Of a DNA stretch of 64,000 nt, positions 59,765-64,000 are shown one piece after another (position 1 is the first letter of the stretch; the number at the start of each line of letters is the position of its first letter). The stretch comes from Squalus acanthias (lineage: Eukaryota). The DNA lies in assembly GCA_030390025.1 (NCBI GenBank), contig JASTWF010000034.1, positions 2,604,001 to 2,668,000 of the forward strand, given 5' to 3'. The position numbers and the translations under genes are program-made. The notes beneath the pieces are model-generated. The model did no database searches, had not been told where the DNA came from, and saw only the letters and a program-made list of their open reading frames with translations.

Positions 59765-60185
59765 TAATAACAACAGAAAAGGCAAGAAAAACTCAGCAGG
59801 CCAGGCAGCATCCGCGGAGAGAGAAACAGAGTTAACGTTACAGGTCGAAGACCTTTCGTCAGAAATTGAAAAAAGCAGGAAATTAAATAGATATAAAGCA
59901 AGTATAATGCTGGGAAAAGGGGGAGAGAATGAAAGAACATAAGGCAAGGTCAGTGGTGGGAATGAAAACAGGAGAGATTAAGAGACATTAAGAGATAATC
60001 AAGGGCAAGAGGAGGTGGTAATGTCACAGGTTGAGTGTGAACTGCGCTGGCAGAATGAAGGACAGCTGCCAGCTTCTGGGAGGGAAAAAGGCCAAACAAA
60101 AGGGTGGATGAAAAAATAACATAAAAAAAATATATATGTGATAGGGGCCAAGGTTACGATCTGAATTTGTTGAACTCGATGTTGA
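59765..60185 (-). mobile_element. Penelope-like element 3' end and terminal repeat
   Basis: The minus strand encodes an ORF end NIEFNKFRS*, resembling PLE ORF C-termini, followed by the same terminal repeat as 12300-12610. Confidence 0.75.
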
Positions 60186-60699
60186 CATTCTCACTGCCCC
60201 TGAGGACCATGTTGCAATGTGCTCAGATTTTTTACCACCCCTAAAGGCTGTTGCCTCCTCTCAACCTCTGTCAGAATCCACCGGATCTTCCCTGCCGAAG
60301 GTAACGACTTGCCGTCCACAGAAATAAATCCCCTTTTATTTCAAATTACTTCCTGCTTGCCAGAAGCTTAGTGAGTGTGGGAGGATGCAATCTCAAAGGC
60401 AGGTCTCGGACTTGCAGCAACCGAATTAAGAAAATAGTGCTTTTTAAAAGTATCAATTCATTTCAAACAAGAAGTCGCGTTTTTAATTAAATCTGCATTG
60501 AGCAATAGCAGTTTTTTAGCTGTAATCCCATTAGTGCAACGTGCTTTGAAGAAGTTCAAATTGATTTACTACCAGACACCATCCTGCGATTGTAACGTGT
60601 AATCTTCAAAGCTGTATCTTATCTTTCTTATTGTAAATCAAACGTTTTGGTGCATTTCACAGTTACACAAGTAAACTTCAGCCAAAATAAATCCACATC

Positions 60700-62535
60700 A
60701 GCATAGAACATAGAACAGTACAGCACAGTACAGGCCCTTCGGCCCTCGATGTTGTGCCGAGCATTGTCCGAGACCAAGATCAAGCTATCACACTCCCTAT
60801 CACTCTGGTGTGCTCCATGTGCTTATCCAATAACCGCTTGAAAGTTCCTAAAGTGTCCGACTCCACTATCACAGCAGGCAGTCCATTCCACACCCCAACC
60901 ACTCTCTGAGTAAAGAATCTACCTCGGACATCCATTCTATATCTCCCCCCATGCACCTTATAGTTATGCCCCCTTGTAACAGCTGCCTCTACCCGAGGAA
61001 ATAGTCTCTGAACATCCGCTCTATCTATCCCCCTCATCATCTTATAAACCTCTATTAAGTCGCCTCTCATCCTCCTCCTCTCTAAAGAGAAAAGCCCCAA
61101 CTCCCTCAATCTTTCCTCATAAGACCTCCCCCCCAAACCAGGCAGCATCCTGGTAAATCTCTTGCACTCTTTCCAATGCTAGCACGTCCTTCCTATAGTG
61201 AGGTGACCAGAACTGCACACAATATTCCAAATGTGGTCTCACCAAGGTCCTGTACAGTTGCAGCATAACCTCACGGTTCTTAAACTCAAACCCTCTGTTA
61301 ATAAACGCCAACACACCATAGGCCTTCTTTACTGCTCTATCCACTTGAGTGGCAACCTTCAGAGATCTGTGGATATGAACCCCCAGATCCCTCTGCTCCT
61401 CCACGTTCCTCAGAACCCTGCCGTTGACCCTGTAATCCTTATTCAAATTTGCCCTACCAAAATGAATCACCTCGAACTTATCAGGGTTAAATTCCATCTG
61501 CCATTTTTCGGCCCAGCTCTGCATCCTATCAATGTCTCTTTGCAGCCTACAACTGCCCTCCACCTCATCCACTACTCCACCAATCTTGGTGTCATCAGCA
61601 AATTTACTGATCCACCCTTCAGTCCCCTCCTCCAAGTCATTGATAAAAATCACAAACAGCAGAGGACCCAGCACCGACCCCTGTGGCACACCGCTGGTAA
61701 CTGGTCTCCAGTCCGAAAATGTTCCATCCACCACCACCCTCTGCCTTCTATGAGATAGCCAGTTACTTATCCAATCGGCCAAATTTCCCTCTATCCCACA
61801 ACTCCTTACTTTCTTCATGAGCCGACCATGGGGAAACTTATCAAACGCCTTACTAAAATCCATGTATACGACATCACCTGCTCTACCTTCATCTACACAC
61901 TTAGTTACCTCCTCAAAGAATTCAATCAAATTTGTTAGGCAAGACTTACCCTTCACGAATCCGTGTTGACTATCCCTGATTAAGTTGCCCCTTTCCAAAT
62001 GGTCATAAATCCTATCCCTCAGGACCTTTTCCATTATCTTACCAACCACCGAAGTAAGACTAACCGGCCTATAATTACCAGGGTCATTCCTATTTCCTTT
62101 CTTGAAGAGAGGAACAACATTCGCCACTCTCCAGTCCTCTGGCACCATTCCCGTGGACAGTGAGGACCCAAATATCAAAGCCAGAGGCTCTGCAATCTCC
62201 TCCCTTGCCTCCCAAAGAATCCTAGGATATATCCCATCTGGCCCAGGGGACTTATCGACCCTCACGTTCTTCAAAATTGCTAAAACATCTTCCCTCAGAA
62301 CATCTACCACCTCCAGCCTATCCACCTTTATCACACTCTCATCCTCAAGAACATGGCCCCTCTCCTCGGTGAACACTGACGAAAAGTATTCATTCATCAC
62401 CTCTCCTATCTCTTCTGACTCCATGCACAAGTTCCCACGACTGTCCTTGACCGGCCCTACCCTCACCCTGGTCATTCTTTTATTTCTCACATAAGAGTAA
62501 AAAGCCTTGGGGTTTTTCTTGATCCGACCCGCATC
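60700..62535 (-). mobile_element. Young 5'-truncated CR1 LINE with a nearly intact RT
   Basis: A 457-aa open frame (61117-62490) holds the RT motifs KSPGPDG, YRPVSLTS, DFSKAFD, SGVPQGSVLGP and FADD. One frameshift near 61160; (TTCTATG)n tail. Confidence 0.96.
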
Positions 62536-62869
62536 TTCAACTTAAAATGTAAATCATAAAAGTTTAAAATATTGATCTCTGTAAATGATTATGAGCCCGT
62601 AAAGTGCCTAAACTTTACCTGATATTCCCAGGTCGTGAGCCCAAGAATTAGTCCCACAGTTTAAATCAGTTCAAATCCAAGTAGCACTCAAAGTATCTCA
62701 AACATAATCCAAATGTCTACACATACAAAGAGAAAACAATTAACACACTTAAAACAGCACATGCTTCACAAACTGAAACCGGAAACAAACATCACACAGA
62801 CACAATTTAATAGAGATTTACAAACAAAAGAAATGAAGTAGAAACATTCTCAGCATTCTTAATGTGAAG

Positions 62870-63735
62870 CCCTCGGAGTTTCTCTGCATCCTCCTCACAA
62901 CACACACGTTTGTCGTCTGCAAAGTTGGAGATATTACATCTAGTTCCCTCGTCTAGATCATTAATATAGAATGTGAATAACTGGGGTCCTAGCACCGATT
63001 GCTGCGGTACCCCACTAGTCACTGCCTGCCACTCGGAAAAAGACCCGTTTATTCAAACTCTTTGCTTCCTGTCTGCCAAACAGTTCTCTATCCAAGTCGG
63101 TACCTTACACCCAGTCCCATGTGATTTAACTTTGCACGCCAATCTCTTATGTGGGAGCTTATCGAAAGCCTTCTGAACGTCCAAATACACCACATCCACT
63201 GGTTCTCCCTGATCTATTCTACCAGTTACATCCTCAAAAAATTCCAGTAGATTAGTCAAGCTTGATTTACCTTTTGTAAATCTATGTTGACTTTGTCCGA
63301 TCCTGTCACTGTTTTCCAAGTGCTCTGCTTTTACATTTTTTATAATGGACTCTAGCATTGTCCCCACTACCGATGTCAGGCTTACTGGTCTATGATACCC
63401 CGTTTTCTCTCTCCCACCTTTTTTAAATCGTGGGGTTACATTAGCTACCCTCCAATCCATGGGAACTGTTCCAGAGTGTACACAATTTTGAAAGATGCCC
63501 AGCAATGCATCTACTATTTCTAGGGCCACTTCCCTAAGTACCCTAGGATGTAGATTATCAGGCCCTGCGGATTTATCGGGCTTTAATCCCGTCAATTTCC
63601 CTAACACCATTTCCCTACAAATACTGATTTCATTCAGTTCTTCCCTCTCATTAGACCCTATGTTACCTGACATCTCTGGGAGGTTATGTGTGCCCTCCTT
63701 TGTAAAGACAAAACCAAAGTATGTATTAATAGAAA
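62870..63735 (-). mobile_element. CR1 RT fragment
   Basis: KSAGPDNLHPRVLREV, LTNLLEFFEDVT, SGVPQQSVLGP and SNFADD. Confidence 0.9.
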
Positions 63736-64000
63736 CATAGAAACATAGAAGATAGGCCCAGGAGTAGGCCATTCGGCCCCTCGAGCCTGCTCCGCCATTT
63801 AATGAGATCATGGCTGATCATCCAAATTCAGTACCCTGTTTTCACCCCATATCCCTTGATCACTTTAGCCTTGATAAATATATCTAACTCCTTCTTGAAT
63901 ATATTTAATGAATTGGCCTCAACTGCCTTCTGTGGTAGAGCATTCCACAGTTTCACCACTCTCTGGGTGAAGAAATTCCTCCTCATCTCAGTCCAAAATG
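63735..64000 (-). mobile_element. CR1 3' end, continuing beyond the window
   Basis: 3' UTR GGAGCAGGCTCGAGGGGCCGAATGGCCTACTCCTG and a (TTTCTATG)n tail. Confidence 0.88.

Noticed and set aside
61117..62490. Host protein-coding gene (457 aa)
   Set aside because: It is CR1 ORF2 reverse transcriptase, 5'-truncated, with a LINE 3' tail.

Overview
Repeat-rich vertebrate genomic DNA, very likely from a cartilaginous fish (shark or ray), judged from HE1-like V-SINE, SacSINE1-like DeuSINE, shark-type CR1/L2 and Penelope repeats. The only host genes I can support are tandem paralogs of a two-exon orphan class A GPCR of the GPR139/GPR142-like type on the minus strand. Copy B is complete: exon 1 at 47700-47880, a 12.2-kb intron and exon 2 at 34638-35539, giving 360 aa. 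Copy A has only exon 1 (15823-16003) here; its exon 2 should lie beyond the window start. Both first exons sit in a segmental duplication (about 9.25-19.2 kb versus 41.16-49.1 kb). In copy A a five-monomer 31-bp seed, still visible at 41160-41320, has expanded into a satellite of at least 9.2 kb with higher-order structure. The window also holds a decayed retrovirus-like LTR element (51.66-56.73 kb, minus) with a tRNA-Leu PBS, YVDD RT, tether plus second RNase H, integrase and a possible spliced env stub, resembling Lokiretrovirus or class III elements. Other content: Penelope-derived repeats with minimal hammerhead-like cores, Harbinger-type MITEs, three further minisatellites and many CR1/L2 fragments. 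Family names come from recognising motifs by eye, not from database searches, and most repeat boundaries are approximate.
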